Assembly (NCBI GenBank): GCA_965655095.1
Contig: OZ296649.1
Coordinates: 78,430,001 to 78,494,000, forward strand
Length of the DNA stretch: 64,000 nt
From: Haplodiscus bocki
Lineage: Eukaryota
Reading direction: 5' to 3'
In this document: piece after piece, positions 1 to 12,450 of the stretch
Numbering within the stretch: the first letter of the stretch is position 1
Layout: every line of letters begins with the position of its first letter
The notes under the pieces: generated by a model
What the model saw: only the letters and a program-made list of their open reading frames with translations
Told to the model about the DNA's origin: nothing
Database searches by the model: none
Translations under genes and position numbers: made by a program

Positions 1-460
1 AAATATTTGGCTGTTAAAACCAAACTTTTCGAGAAAGATGACAAGACAATTTTCCGACTGGTAGAAAACCTTACAATGGGAGAAACAGACGTCAACCATA
101 TTTTGAGACTACGAAAACGGCTAGTTGTTGCTGCAAAAAAAATTAGAAGGAAAAAATTTTTGTTTCCGGTACAGGTTCTAAGAAAATCCAAGGATTAGGA
201 TGAACAATTCACGCTGGACAACAAAGTAGTTGACGTTCTGAATCTTGCAAACAAAGAGACTTGTTTGGCTCTGATGCGGTACATTGTGGACAAGCCGGAG
301 AGTTCTTATGCTGAAATCCGAATGTTTGCAACAAAGAAGGAAGCAGAAAAATTTCAACAAATTGAATATGTGGACTAAAAACTTGATGAGTTTAATTATT
401 TGCTCGTAGTATTGAAGACGTTATATAATGCTTTCTGGCTCAACAATCCATTTAAAATGT
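1..460 (+). pseudogene. PC4-like ssDNA-binding-fold gene (PC4-1), copy A, 5'-truncated by window edge
   Basis: Homologous to 14110-14670(-) and 45750-46310(-). Frameshifts and stops. The fold assignment is inference. Confidence 0.55.
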
Positions 461-879
461 CTCAAAGAAAGTAACTTCAACTATTAACTCTTTTTCCGCT
501 GTCTTTTCAAGCCTGGGTGAGTTGGAATATTGAGGATAAAAGAAATCTCTTTCTCTAGCTAAAGTCAAAATAGGGTGTTTGTCACCTTATACCAACAATT
601 CTTAAATTTGTTCCCGAAAAACTCACGCTAACTGTACTTCAAACGCACAAATTACCAAACTTTGTAATGGTTGATCCCAATAACAAAAGTTTTGCCTAAA
701 TTGAACAAATTTTGTTGGTGGGAAAAAGGTAAGTGTAAACATCAAGACTGATATAGGCAAAGTGAATATTTTCGTGTACTGTTACGGAAACACAGTGTAA
801 ACCAGAAAAGAAGACGTCGAGAAAAAAACTGACGTAATACCAGTCTTTTTTGCAAAACGAGCTTCCATTTTAAGTTACT

Positions 880-1345
880 TTTACGTGTCTTTCAAGCGGT
901 GCATTTCGTTGGATGAAAGAATTGTTAATAACTGACAAAGTTCCACATACAATGGATGATTTCTTTTTTTGAGCAGTTTCCGATTCGTTTCGGGAAGAAA
1001 ACTGTCATTTGAACCCAAAAGTGATAAAGAAAATGTAATTCTAGGTGCATATCGCTGCTGGAAACAACAACTTTGTGAGATGGACCATTATTGTAAAATT
1101 GGTGGAACACTTGGTTTTGGGGACCCGTACTTGGAGTTTTTTTTGTCAATCTAAAGTATTTAGACTACATGCAATTTTACATGATGCTGCAGGAGCAGTG
1201 GAATCACCCACTGGTAAAAGCCTTGGTAACTGTTACACACTTTGACCAGGATCAGAATCACGTAAGCTTGATTACGTGACAAGGCTACACTTTTGCCTTT
1301 ACGTAAAACTGTTTCTGCCTTCATTTTTCAATTTTGTCGACTTTG
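880..1345 (+). pseudogene. HD-motif PLA2-like gene, copy A
   Basis: SKVFRLHAILHDAAGAVESPTGKSLGNCY. The motif recurs in four copies. Confidence 0.5.
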
Positions 1346-1640
1346 CAGCAGTCTGTCTTGCATCGTATTAAATATTGAGCTTGGAGCTGATAGATTTGCT
1401 ACGCAGTTGGATGTTTTTACTGGTTGGATGTTGAGAGATAATCTTTTCGTCCTGCAAAGAACCATAGACTCACGATACAAGCATTTTGGTGTACAAAAAC
1501 GATGCATGGAATTGTGCAGAAAAGTGGTTGTTCGGATCACAATGAGCTTCCAAAAAAGATTGTGTTGGAGAATTTGTTTGTCCATCTTTTTAAATTTCAG
1601 TTCAACCGTCAATTACAACGACCTCCTAAAGCAGAACTAA
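1345..1640 (+). pseudogene. DEDD-like nuclease gene remnant, copy A
   Basis: SCIVLNIELGA...WCTKTMHGIV. Matches 4307-4735 and 44340-44832(-). Confidence 0.45.
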
Positions 1641-1999
1641 AATTAAAATCATTACACTTATTTTAGTGTGGTGGTTGAAAATGTTGGATCAACTACATGC
1701 ATGATTGTATGCACCAACAAAGACATCTCGTGATCTAAAGCTTTGAACCACTGAACCGTAGCTTCAACTTTAAGTAAATGCAAAGTAAGTTTTTGACCTG
1801 ATTGGTTGAAATAAAAACGTTGCCAGTCTTGCCATTGGCGAAAATCTAAAAACTTAACAAACCCCCATCGTTTTCACTACTGCTTCACTGATTTGATTTT
1901 TTGCGCAACTTTTTCTGACTAATAGCAGTTTATGTGTGTCAAAAAACATAATCTCCTTTTTTTGCAAACTGTAATCATTTTACCAAAAAACGCCAGGAG

Positions 2000-2760
2000 A
2001 GTTTTTGGTTGAAACGGACGCAGTTGGTAAGTTTTATTACAATTTATTCGGCAATTTCCAGTCACAGCATCGAGCAACTTGATTTAGCAAAGTCACCAGC
2101 AAAAAGTTTCTTTGCAGTCAAGTTGTTCCAATTATGCGATTTGAAGACAAATTAAAGATAAATCGTACAAGAAATCTTGGATATATCCAAAGAAAACAAG
2201 TTTTTTTAGTCGACAGTGCGCCCGATTCCCCCAAACTCTTTGAGCAAGCTAAAAACAACTTACAGATTCCATTAGCAAAACCAAATTTGGAGATTGAGTT
2301 TACAAATTCAAAAACATTCTCCTTACTCATTACAATGAGGAGATCATTGAAGAATGAAAAAGACAAAAACTCGATTAGCGTTCCGTTTTGAAAAGAACCA
2401 ATCTTGCAATTTTGCCAACGAGAAGTTCCAACTACATGCTAAAAAGTTAATACTAACAGAATTAATCAACCTTAACCTTCGCGAAACTTTACCAATTCAA
2501 CAAAAACCGATGAAACGTTGCAACCAAGTGTAAAAAATTGGACAGGGATTGCGATGTGTTGTACATTCAAGCATGAATATTGGCGTAAAAATAGCAATAA
2601 TAACTTTAGTGGGAAAATGTTTTGCCCGATAGAAGATTTTCGTTGAAATTTTCCGTGAACAAAGAGACTTTTCAACCTCTCAACTGAAAAATTTTTTAAT
2701 GTTTTCAATGCACCTGCACCTATCAGGTCCGTAAAAATCTCTTTACAGAACAATCAGTTA
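2000..2760 (+). pseudogene. PC4-like paralogue (PC4-3), copy B
   Basis: SFFAVKLFQLCDLKT..R.IVQE matches KSFPIKLFEAYDLKTQQRLTLQE (C, ~18600-18660 -) and KNYFTFKVFKNDSSKFQQRYFPVEE (E, 50149-50424 -). Confidence 0.5.
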
Positions 2761-3929
2761 CGTTCTTCTTGATGTCTAACTATAGGATTTATTTTCAAAG
2801 AGAGGCGAAAATCCAACTAAGATGTTAATGAAGAGGTGTATTGTCCAAAATTTAAAAACGCAAAAGGTGTTTACAATTCAACAAATCAGTACTCTGGAAA
2901 AGTCTTTACGACTGCTTAAATTGCGAAACCGGCTGTCATGTGCTTAACTTTTCTTTTTAGGAACAAGAACCGACAATGACCTCAATCCGTAGAAATGGTA
3001 CACATTGCTCTACCAAAAAGGCGTGTCTTGACTGCGAAGCAGAAAACCGTCCCCCTTGCTACAAAAGTGTCTCCGCCAGTTGCAGTCGACAACACCCAGA
3101 ACATAAGCAAAAGGAGAAAAAACGTTTCGTTCAAGTCATCAAATTGTCAAGCCCCCCTTGAATGATACAAACAAGTTGTAAAAGTTTCGTCTGAAAACCT
3201 TTTTTGTTGTGGGACTGATGACAACTGTGATGGTAATTCTACTTGCACTACCCAAAAAACTAACAGATCTCTTTGGGTTTCAAAATTTAGCTAGTTTCTA
3301 AAAGTGTTAGTTTAAAATTGACCACAATACTAATTTAATCCATAACCATCTCTAAGACAATCTAAAACTAATATCAATTCCGGCTCTTCTTCAGTCTTGT
3401 TAACTTGTACGCTTCATTCTGGAAAGACTGATCCTTTTGTTTGCGTTGACTTTTTCTACTGTAAAAAGCTCATTAAATAGTTTCTGTACCTTTTCCTCAA
3501 CAATCTCCTTTTGCTACGCTGGGGTTTCTGTCCACTCCTTTAGTTCTTTGTTTAAATTACAATGCTGTCAGCACCTTATCAAACAGTTGTTCACTCTTCT
3601 CAACAACTTTGCTACTTACTTGACACAAGGAAAATCCAATTTTAGCAACAAATCGTCAATGTTTCCTCTTAGTATAACATGATGTCCTAATTTGGGTAGA
3701 AAACACAACACATCTTGTCATTCTAGTTAGTGAGCGAAACAGCAGTATTTACTCACAATGTAACTTTGAATTTTGGTTGCAGAAACAAAAAGACTGATTT
3801 GTGAATGAATTGCGAAAAGACTGGTTACAACATGAAATATTACAGCTGCCATCTCATAGTTTAGAAGTTTTATTGAACCAAAAAATCTAAAAAACAAAGT
3901 AATACTAATTTTTAACAAATTTATCAAAA

Positions 3930-4305
3930 AAAATTGGAGCATCCATTCATGGAAATAGGTTGTTTCAAGGACCAAAAAAGGAAAATGCTTTTCCATGGAA
4001 ACATCAAACGATAAGGTTGAATTAGGGATAGAAATTGACCATTAAAATAAGTTTGGTGGAATCGTTGGTTATGGGGACTCGTACTTGGAGATTCTTTTGT
4101 GAATCTAATGTATTTAGACTACATGCAAACTTTTATGATGCTGCAGGAGCAGTGCAATCACCCAGTGGTAAAAGCCCTGGTAACTGTTACACAATTGCAC
4201 GAGGACCAGTATTATGTAGGCTTGATTACGTGACAAGGCTAGAATTTTGCCTTTACGTAAAACTGTTTGGGCCTTCATTTTTCAAATCTGTCGACTTTGC
4301 AGCAG
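3930..4305 (+). pseudogene. HD-motif PLA2-like gene, copy B
   Basis: NVFRLHANFYDAAGAVQSPSGKSPGNCY..GPVLCRLDYVTRLEFCLYVK. Confidence 0.5.
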
Positions 4306-4306
4306 T

Positions 4307-4735
4307 ATGCTTTGCATCGTATTTAATATTGAGCTTGGAGCTAATAGCGTTGTTAAGCAGTTGGATGTTTCCATTGGTTGGATGTTCAAGGATACTCAAT
4401 TTGTCCTCCAAAAAATCACAGACTCACGGAACCAGCATTTTCTTGTACGAGAATGTTGCACGGATTTGTGCAGAGAAGTGGTTGCTCGGTTTACTGTGAG
4501 GTTCCAAACAATCTTGTTGAAGATGTAGAAGCTGAATGCTTTGCAAAAGGACAAAAATGTGCAGGATTTCTCGTAAATACGTTGAAATTTAGATAATCAT
4601 GACTGCCCCAAAGTTCGAGGTCCACTTGATTGTAAAACATATCAGCGAACGAAACTCTTCTATTTGCAGTGCACAAGGCAATTTTTTTTGTAATAGGAGA
4701 AGGCAGTCTTTGAATTGAAATTTCGTATTGTGAAG
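4307..4735 (+). pseudogene. DEDD-like nuclease gene, copy B
   Basis: MLCIVFNIELGANSVVKQLDV; VQGYSICPPK; CTRMLHGFV; FAKGQKC; DNHDCPKV. Confidence 0.45.
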
Positions 4736-4742
4736 TGATCTG

Positions 4743-5060
4743 TTAGTTTCTACATAAGTGAATCCTTTGAATTGTATCAAACTTTATTCCGAAATTTAAT
4801 AATGAGTAATTGAGCATATTAGCTAGAAGACTGACCAAAACAATAATAGCAATCTCGTTAACATTGTCTCCGCCGAAAACAATCAAGCAAGAAATCCACG
4901 GTCTTTTTCGGGACAAACCTGTTCTAGATCTTCGATTCTCTGTTCGTCCCAACTTGTTGCTATTTTGTTCAAAATTGTTAGCTGATTTTGAAGATTCTAT
5001 CTTCCATAAAAATGTGATGAATCAACTGTTCTGATGAAGTGTTTGTGTAGTGCAGCAGGA
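4743..5060 (-). pseudogene. Small antisense-oriented conserved gene between nuclease and ATPase, copy B
   Basis: WDEQRIEDLEQVCPEKD matches LSKDLEEVCPKQD at ~44130-44170(+) in copy E. Confidence 0.5.
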
Positions 5061-5083
5061 TGAACTTTATCCCCAGCAAGACT

Positions 5084-6035
5084 ATGAACAAATCAATTGC
5101 TACCAAAAATCGCAATTTTAAGTCATTCGTGAGTGCTTCATAGACAAAATAGTTGGCACTTTTTTACCATTGGCTCAAATTGAGACTTTTCAACAAAAAA
5201 TGACAAAATTTGCTTTTTCAATCAAGCCTCCCTGGCAATTTACCATCATAGGCCAATAAAGAGTGGAGTATCTAGAATTTGTTCAAAGTATAAGCTTTGA
5301 ATTTATCGAATCGTTAAAAAACCACGGTACAAAAAGTTTGTAAGTCTTTTACGATTCATGTGGAAAAACTTGCATATCAAAAGTTTTTGTTGATTTTGGT
5401 TTGCAGGAAAAATCGTTGATTGGGTAGTTTTTTCATCCAGCAAAAATTGTTTGATTAAAGTAAACTTATGCAAGACATTGAGTTCCAAAGCACAGTCAGA
5501 GTTCATTTTGAAAATTCCCGTGATGTGATGCCAGTTAGCACACATAGTGCGCCATGGGAACGCAGATCAGAGCTAGCTGAATGGTATCGAGAAGCAACAT
5601 CTGTTAACTACGGTCTTTTTTTGATCCAGCTATCCTCACGAATAGACGATCGATTAGGTTACTGCACAAACACAGGATTCATGCCCTCGAAAATATTGAT
5701 TCCCGACCGTTTGGAACTTTCAACGTCTTTAGACAATGAACAAAAAGTTTTGTTCTAATCTCCAAGCATTCCAATCGTTTTCCTGCAAATGCAAATCTCT
5801 TTCCCTTCGGTCTCGCCCAAAAGAGTTTATCAGATTTCTCTACGAAAGCAAAGTGAACCTGCGTAAGAGAACGCTGATTAGCGTAAAAAACATCCTATGA
5901 CACGGTTTTAAATTGAAGTTCAACTGTTTCTTTAAGGAACAAGTTTGAGGGACAGAAGAGTTCTTCTGGTATCTGGAAATGATTAAATCTCTTGAACGTT
6001 TTTTCTGGTACCGCCATTAACCAATTGATTTGGTA
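5084..6035 (+). pseudogene. A32/FtsK-like DNA packaging ATPase, copy B
   Basis: LEFVQSISFEF; QDIEFQSTVRVHFENSRDV; LAEWYREATSVNYGLFLIQLSSRIDDRLGYCTN. Walker A is better preserved in E (GTSKSGEA). Confidence 0.8.
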
Positions 6036-6443
6036 TGAAACAGTTTGCTCTCGTTCTTGCTCCAGTGTACATTAAGAGTTTGAATACCAAGTTAGTTACA
6101 AAGCAGAAACTTCAAAATATCAAAATTGCAAAATCACACGTACCAAAGTTGGTCACTTAAATAGGAGATAAGGAAAAAATTGTTAATTAAATGAGACAAT
6201 TCTGTAGACAAAACTATGTCTGGTCCACGCATCAAGGTCTCAAGTTCGCAGACTTTATTTTTTATTTGTATAAAACTTCTGAGTTTGACTGGAAGACTTG
6301 GTTCAACCACTGTGTTGCAAAAAACTAGATGTTCCAGACATTTACTTTACATTACATGACGATGCCGGTAAATCTCCAACTATGGTTCTGAATCAAAATG
6401 TCTCAGCTAAAGGAAGAAGAAGCTGAGTCCTTTTGAAAAACTG
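6035..6443 (+). pseudogene. Conserved unknown Maverick gene upstream of integrase, copy B
   Basis: MKQFALVLAPVY..; PRIKVSSSQTL; DVPDIYFTL. Homologues at 12025-12450(-) and 42630-43043(-). Confidence 0.65.
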
Positions 6444-6444
6444 A

Positions 6445-7226
6445 ATGTCAGAAGTTGCAAAGATTGTACACGCAAGGGGGTGCTGCTTATGGTTATGTGC
6501 AAAATTTATTGAAAACTAGCAGTCTACCAGTACCAAAAATGATACAGTTCTTGCTTCCAAAAACCTATGTTAAAAAAGTTACTCTCGTCACGCGTACATT
6601 CAGGAGAATGAAGTCGTTTGCCTGTTTCAGAAACGAAATTTGGTGTATGGATACGTCATTTAGTGATAAACTAGGTAAAGATGAAAAAAGATGTTACGTA
6701 CTTATTAGTTCCTTAAAACTTGTTTGTTTAAACCGTAGATTCAAAAGGAACAAAAATAAAGGTTTCGAAAAAAAATTATTGGATCAATTTTAACTAATAT
6801 AGCAGGAAAGAGTCGAAACAAGACAAACTGAGTCGAACAGGAACAGATTTTACTGGAAAATTTAAAAAACATTGGAGCGCAGAAAGTAAACAAACTACCC
6901 TAAAACGAGTGAGATTAAAGCTGCATTTGCTGATTGTACAGTACGCTCCTTGAAGAGATTTATTTACCGTTACGTGGAAGACTCTGGTTACAAGTACAGT
7001 CACAGATTGTCTCAAATCATCACAACCTGTGATATCCAAAAAGAATTGTTCGAAGGACTTCATACAAAAGAAGGTAAGAAAATCAGACTTTTTTCCAATC
7101 TGTACAGCAGGCCACTACGAGAGATTTGAAAACGCAAGTTTATAATTGAAGACATAAGTTGCGTTTCGATGCATGATTTACACTTCAGGAGGGGTTAAAA
7201 ACCACAGTATCAGCAGGAGGTTTTGT
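6445..7226 (+). pseudogene. Retroviral-like (rve) integrase, copy B, N-terminal part, interrupted by copy C
   Basis: RLYTQGGAAYG; NEIWCMD; TGTDF (D-x-G-T-E-F equivalent); KAAFA..TVRSLK; ends at KPQYQQEV. Confidence 0.85.
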
Positions 7227-7960
7227 AGTAGTAGATGTGTGAGCAGTCCAGGAGAGGGGACGGTTGGGAGACCCTATGTACTAAGATAGTCTACAACAAG
7301 CCAACAGAAGCCGAAAGCCGTGAAGGGTCTTCCACTTTAACCGAGAACTCTCGGATAATCTTGGCTGACATAGTACTCAATTCTGATTGGCAAACGAAAT
7401 TTAGGGTTTTTTGTGCTCAATTCTGAATGGCTGCCGACAGTTTTCCGGTTTTGGGTGGTATCTGAGTGTGTTTGTTAATGTATTTTTATATGGTGTAGTT
7501 CGGTTATGGGCCGAGTCATTGTTTGAAGGGAGGGAGCTATGTATAAAGATAGGGAGTGGACTGAATGACTCAGTTTGGTCACTGTTGGACTTTTTTGAAA
7601 AAAAATGTGAACTGATTTTTTCTTGCAGGCCCACCCATGTGGATAGCTATTAAGGCGCGGACCATTTATGACACCTGCGGTTAAACATAATGTCTGCGGA
7701 TACCGTTGTGACCTAATGATAGGTGAAAAGATACGTCGGTATTGTACTAAGTTAGGATATAGTTCGGTCTTGCATTAATATGGTCTATAGTCTGTTAGTG
7801 TGAGAAAATGGGGTACAGTTCGTTAATGTATTAAGATAGACTATAGATTGGTAATGTTTTCGGATAGGGCATGGATTGGTTTTGTATAAAGTTAGTGGAG
7901 AGCTTGGTATTATTTCGAGACGGGGTATAATAGTTGAACGGAAAAATCCGAATTATGCGT
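7227..7960 (+). repeat. Left terminal inverted repeat of copy C, with ~28-bp internal tandem repeats at ~7735-7930
   Basis: Reverse complement matches 24190-24865, e.g. aacaaacacactc, aaaactgtcggcagcca, gagcacaaaaaacc, gggcctgca. Confidence 0.85.
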
Positions 7961-8229
7961 GAACGTTGGAGCAACTTGACTCAGTAATGCCAAGTGATAA
8001 AAGCGGAAAATATGTAGCGAGTGTTACCCGTTTTGATATACTATATTTGAAAAGACCATGAAAGGAAACACTGACCATGAAAAGAGCTGTCAATTATTTT
8101 CTTTCACGATACTGATATGACTAAATTTTTGTAAAAAAGTATGTATCGAAGATTGAAAAGCTAATTAGAGAGTACAAATAATAAAAAAACATTGTATATT
8201 TTGCACGTTTACAGTGAAAAGTTGAGATG

Positions 8230-8614
8230 TTACGTGTAGTTACAGATAAATGAAAGTACTTTAACACCGTGAGTTCCAGTATTTTCTTCTTGTCGGAACT
8301 TGAAGAGATGGAAAGCTGCATTGATCGTGTAGAAACCTCAAACGCTGCGATGGGGTTGTACTGCTGTGGCATCACCTGTTTGTAGTGGTGCTTGAAGAAA
8401 CTTTACTGACCGAGAGAGTCTGCAAAATACAATTTGTGACGAGAATTTGCAATCATTATCCAATGCCCATGCTGCACATTGCTGGACTAGGTACCTATGA
8501 TGGCAAAAATCTCATTTAGAAAAATTGGAACATTGTCAGAGGGAAATGAAGCAAGGTACAAATTCTCGAGTAGCGGGATACTATTCATTATTTGCTGGAG
8601 AGAAACTTTATCAT
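8230..8614 (-). pseudogene. Adenain-like cysteine protease, copy C
   Basis: LQQIMNSIPLL..YLASFPSD; HGHWIMIAN (catalytic His); YFADSLG (Asp). Confidence 0.8.
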
Positions 8615-8616
8615 TT

Positions 8617-9957
8617 TTAGATTTTTTGTCCAACATCACCAAATTTGTCAACGGCAACCAAAGATAATCGTTACGCCAAAACAATGAGTTAAGTACCGTG
8701 CTCTACAGTAACATTTTATTTCAGCTCCAGTGTCAGTGGTTCTCGAACTAGTTGTGGGTACTGAAAACTTTCAGCAGCTTCTTGCATTAAGGTCTTGAAC
8801 ACCAGTACACAGTGGTCTCTGAAAATGTCAAAAGGATATCATCTGGGAAGTTCATTGCTTTCAATGTTGTAACATATAGACGACGATGAACAGCGGCGTC
8901 AAAGTGTAGGACTGGCTGGCCCTCTCTGCGCATTCTGAATTGTCTGAGATCAGATTGTTGATACCAGAAACAATTTTCAGTGTACAACCCTGTAAAGGCA
9001 GAGTTTGTATTCTTTGCAAAAGCAATTCGACGAACAGGAGATTTCTAAAAAAAATTTTCTTGAATGAATTGGTTTTGTGTGGCGGGAATGGTGAAAGTCT
9101 TTGCTAGAGTCTCCAAGTAGTTGTATCCCATAGAAGTTTACGCAAGGTTGTCCGTTCTTGTTTGTAATAATTATACTTGAAAGCAAAACGACGAGTAAAA
9201 AACGAGCAATCAACAAATCGAAGACTGTTGTTGAGGTTGCCGAGAATCTTGTAAACACCAGGTCTGGCGTTCTTGGTGGATACAAGAACTTTCGTTTTTG
9301 GATACAGCAAATAATAGGAGGAGAAAAAGTTGAGCATTCGTTTACCATATCACATGAAGCCATCGGATCGGCTAAGCGTTTTCATTTTCCTTATGAAGAA
9401 AAGTTCAGACAAAGGAGCTCCGATAACTTTATCAGGAAGTTCTTCGTAGTCGTACGCCTTGCAATGCAAAACTACCCTGTACTCAAAGACGGCCTCCAGA
9501 AGTTGTTGAAAAAGTAAGACCTGTGCACATACAATCCTTTAGGGCTTCAATATTGAAGATTATTGATATACACTTCAAAATTGGAAAAAATTGAGTTTAA
9601 GATGTTGTTTACAATAGTAACGAGAAGAACTAGAACCTCATGCTCTTTCTCCCCGGCCGCTCTTTCCTCATCTACTGTTGCCTCATCTTTGTGCTCTTTT
9701 TTTTTACTTCCTGGGTATTCTGAGTTTCATACTCACGACACTTGACAAATTGCAGTTTCAAAGTCAAGTATATTTGTCTCAAATCAACATACTAGTTCCG
9801 ATCCGTTTGACATTCAAACTCTTCAGTTTTTCTCAACTGAGGTTGTAGGATAAGTTTCTTGTTCAATGAACGGCAACACATTGTCATTTACTGGGACTTT
9901 CTCTCCAAGAATTCCAAAAACTGCCACAAAAGGTCGGTACCGAAAACTACACGACAT
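8617..9957 (-). pseudogene. Major capsid protein (double jelly-roll), copy C
   Basis: Colinear with 26180-27535(+) and 39200-40576(-): QETYPTTSVEKN, YTENCFWYQQ, RLYVTTLKAMNF, YPQLVREPLTLEL. Position between core protein and protease is typical. Confidence 0.75.
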
Positions 9958-9960
9958 GAT

Positions 9961-10325
9961 TAATGAGGAATGTTAGTAAAGATGTCTCTTTCCGACCGAA
10001 TAATTTGTTTTGCAAAACTTGTGGGCTTTACTTTGCTTGCAGTTTTTTCCTGCTACCACTACTTAACCTATTTCGCAGAGTCTTTGTTCCTACATTCTTT
10101 ACAGCTGTCTTCAATTTTTTTTGGACCAATAACAACATCTGAAAAATTTCGCACAGCAATTTCCAAAAAGTTGGTATCTACGCGTTTAGCAGCTGAGAAA
10201 AAAGTTTTACGCAAAACTGAAATTGCGGTTCTCCTAACACTTTGTGCAATTGCACCGAATCTCCGCTCACGTTATCGACCAATACCTCTAAGGAACGGAA
10301 TCTCTACTTGTCTTGAACCAATCAT
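9961..10325 (-). pseudogene. Small basic core-protein-like gene (adenovirus pVII/pX-like), copy C
   Basis: MIGSRQVEIPFLRGIGR.RERRFGAIAQ..RTAI; Arg/Lys-rich. Three copies in the window. Confidence 0.55.
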
Positions 10326-10343
10326 CCTGTAACGTCTTTTAGG

Positions 10344-11158
10344 TTAGAATTGAAGGTTGGAGGCTTTCAACACATCAAAGCAAGAGGAATGATATGACAG
10401 ACACAAATTTTTTTTCCGCCTTTCGTGGCTCTCAAATCAATGTCAAAAATATGAAAAAATTTTTGAGCAGTGGTCTGAAATGTAGCTTACTAAAGATTTG
10501 ATAGTTCATGTACTTTCCAGTGATCACAATGTCAGTGGCATTTAGCTCTGAATTAAAGGGAAAGGAACGCAATAATGGAACCTCTGCGTTACCGACAATA
10601 TTGTACTGAATCAGGTCTCCAAGTGTCTCGACAGAATATATGCAGACAATGTCGTGAGCAAAATCAGGATTGTGAGGTCCTTTTTCTCTCAACATTTTCC
10701 CAACTCATTGCGAACGTTACCTCTGAAAATGTGTCCCAGCTCCGTACTAAAAAGGCAAGACGAGAACTTTCATGTGAAAAGTAAATCTCAAACTTTTGAG
10801 TTCAGCGAGTCACTTTAACGGTGATATAGTTTTCGCTGTGATTGTGTCTTTGAACGAGAGTGTTCATGGTTTCAACAGTATCCATAGAAAAAAAGGAAAG
10901 ATCCGGTTCCAGATACTAAAAGTCAGACAAATTTGAAAACTTTCTAGTCCAAAACTTATGAGTTTTCCCCCTGTGATGATTTGGCATATTGATGGGTAGG
11001 AAATTTCCGAAATTGCAACTTCCCACTGACCTTCCAGATCCAGTTGTTCCGGTAAAAAAAACTGAAAGAGACTTGAGTGTAATGTCTGGAAAAAATTGCA
11101 CAGATGCATTTGAAAACCAACTTTATTGCAAACGATTCCGTTGTTAATTGACTTCCAT
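10344..11158 (-). pseudogene. Minor capsid protein (penton), copy C
   Basis: FFLPEQLDLEGQWEVAISEISYP; DLIQYNIVGNAEVPLLRSFP. Confidence 0.85.
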
Positions 11159-12030
11159 CAATTTTTTTGATAAGGTTTACCGCGGATAATCGCATCCTGT
11201 TCATTTTTCATTGCGTATGTTGGAGGTTGTCTGGAAGAAATAGGAACAATTTCAAAAAACTCTCTGCAAAACTGTGGCTTGCAATCAGTCCTCAAGGGTA
11301 AGTCATACTTCGAGATGCGAACTCTGTTTCCAGTCTGAAATTGGATTTTCTTTATTCTCCTACTGGCTTGCTGTACAGAATGTACAAAAAGTCGGAATTG
11401 TTGATATTCTTTAGTATCAAGTCTATTGAGCATTTTTTTTCGGGAATTCAGGGTTGTGACGAAATGAGACGATTTGTGAATGTACTTGTATCCATATTCT
11501 TTCTATGTAACGTTAAAGTATTTTTTCAGGGATCCTATTTAACGTTCAACAAATGAAGCCTTAGTCCCACTCAATGTAGAGTAGAATCGTATTCCTTCAG
11601 CTATGCAGAATTTTTCAAACTCTCCAGCAAATTCTGTTACATTCCCAAACCAAATTGATTTCTGTAATCATACTCAAAAACACACAAACCGTTTTTTTGG
11701 AGTATTTTGTATTCTTTTGTTGTGCATCTATGGCTCTATCAAACAGGTCTTGACAAACATGTGTATGCATTACATTGTTACTATCTTTGCCTAGTTTATC
11801 AACGTAGGGCAGGTCCATACACTAAATTTCTTTTGCGAATCTGGCAAAAGCCTTCATTTTCTCGAACGACTCGTGGCCAGAATAGATTTTGTGTACCAAG
11901 GCTTTGAATGTAAAACTTGTTTCGCTCTTGATGCTGGTAGGTTGTTAGTTTTCACTAAATTGCCCACAGACCCAGAAGCAGCACAAACCTGCGTGCACAA
12001 TCTTTTCAGCAGGTGAAGTTCAAGTTTTTA
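11159..12030 (-). pseudogene. rve integrase with C-terminal chromo-like tail, copy C
   Basis: MDLPYVDKL; QDLFDRAIDA; FQTGNRVRISKYDLP; EFFEIVPISSRQPPTYAMKNEQDAIIRGK. Confidence 0.85.
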
Positions 12031-12450
12031 ATGGGACTCAGATTCCTCTCTCTTTGGTTGTGACATTTTGATTCAGAACCGGAGTTGGAGATTTACCAGC
12101 AGCGTCAAGTCAAGTAAAGTAAATGTCTCGAACGCCTCCGTTTATACGACGGAATTGTTGAGCAATGCCTGACAGTAAAACTCCAGTATCCACTTCAACC
12201 AATATTCAAAAATGTGGGTTTGAGAGCTTGATAGGAGAACAAGACAATGTTTTGTTGGTTGAAGAGTGTGCTTTGGCCGGCAGCTTTTTGTTTGTTTTTC
12301 CTTTTTGAGCCAAACAGTTTGGTACGTGGGATTTTGTTCAATTTGATACTTTGGAGGTTCTTGCTTTGTAACTGACTCAGTATTCAAACTGTTGTTGTTC
12401 TACACAGAAGCAGTTATTACAAAAAACTGTTCCGAATCAAAACAAATGGT
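12025..12450 (-). pseudogene. Conserved unknown Maverick gene, copy C
   Basis: NTESVTKQEPPKYQIEQNPTYQ; homologue of 6035-6443. Confidence 0.6.

Larger units (their letters stand above)
1..1640 (+). mobile_element. Maverick/Polinton copy A, accessory-arm fragment (PC4-like, unknown Y, PLA2-like, nuclease-like)
   Basis: Same genes in the same order as 44340-46310 (-) in copy E. Examples: KYLAVKTKLFEKDD..LTMGETD (1-100), FRLHAILHDAAGAV (~1159-1200), CIVLNIELG (~1359). Confidence 0.8.
1640..7226 (+). mobile_element. Maverick/Polinton copy B, left part (accessory genes, ATPase, integrase N-terminal part)
   Basis: 1720-2760 aligns by eye with the reverse complement of 17950-19010. Then PLA2-like, nuclease, ATPase, unknown ORF and integrase, which stops abruptly at an AGTAGTAG terminus. 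Confidence 0.85.
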
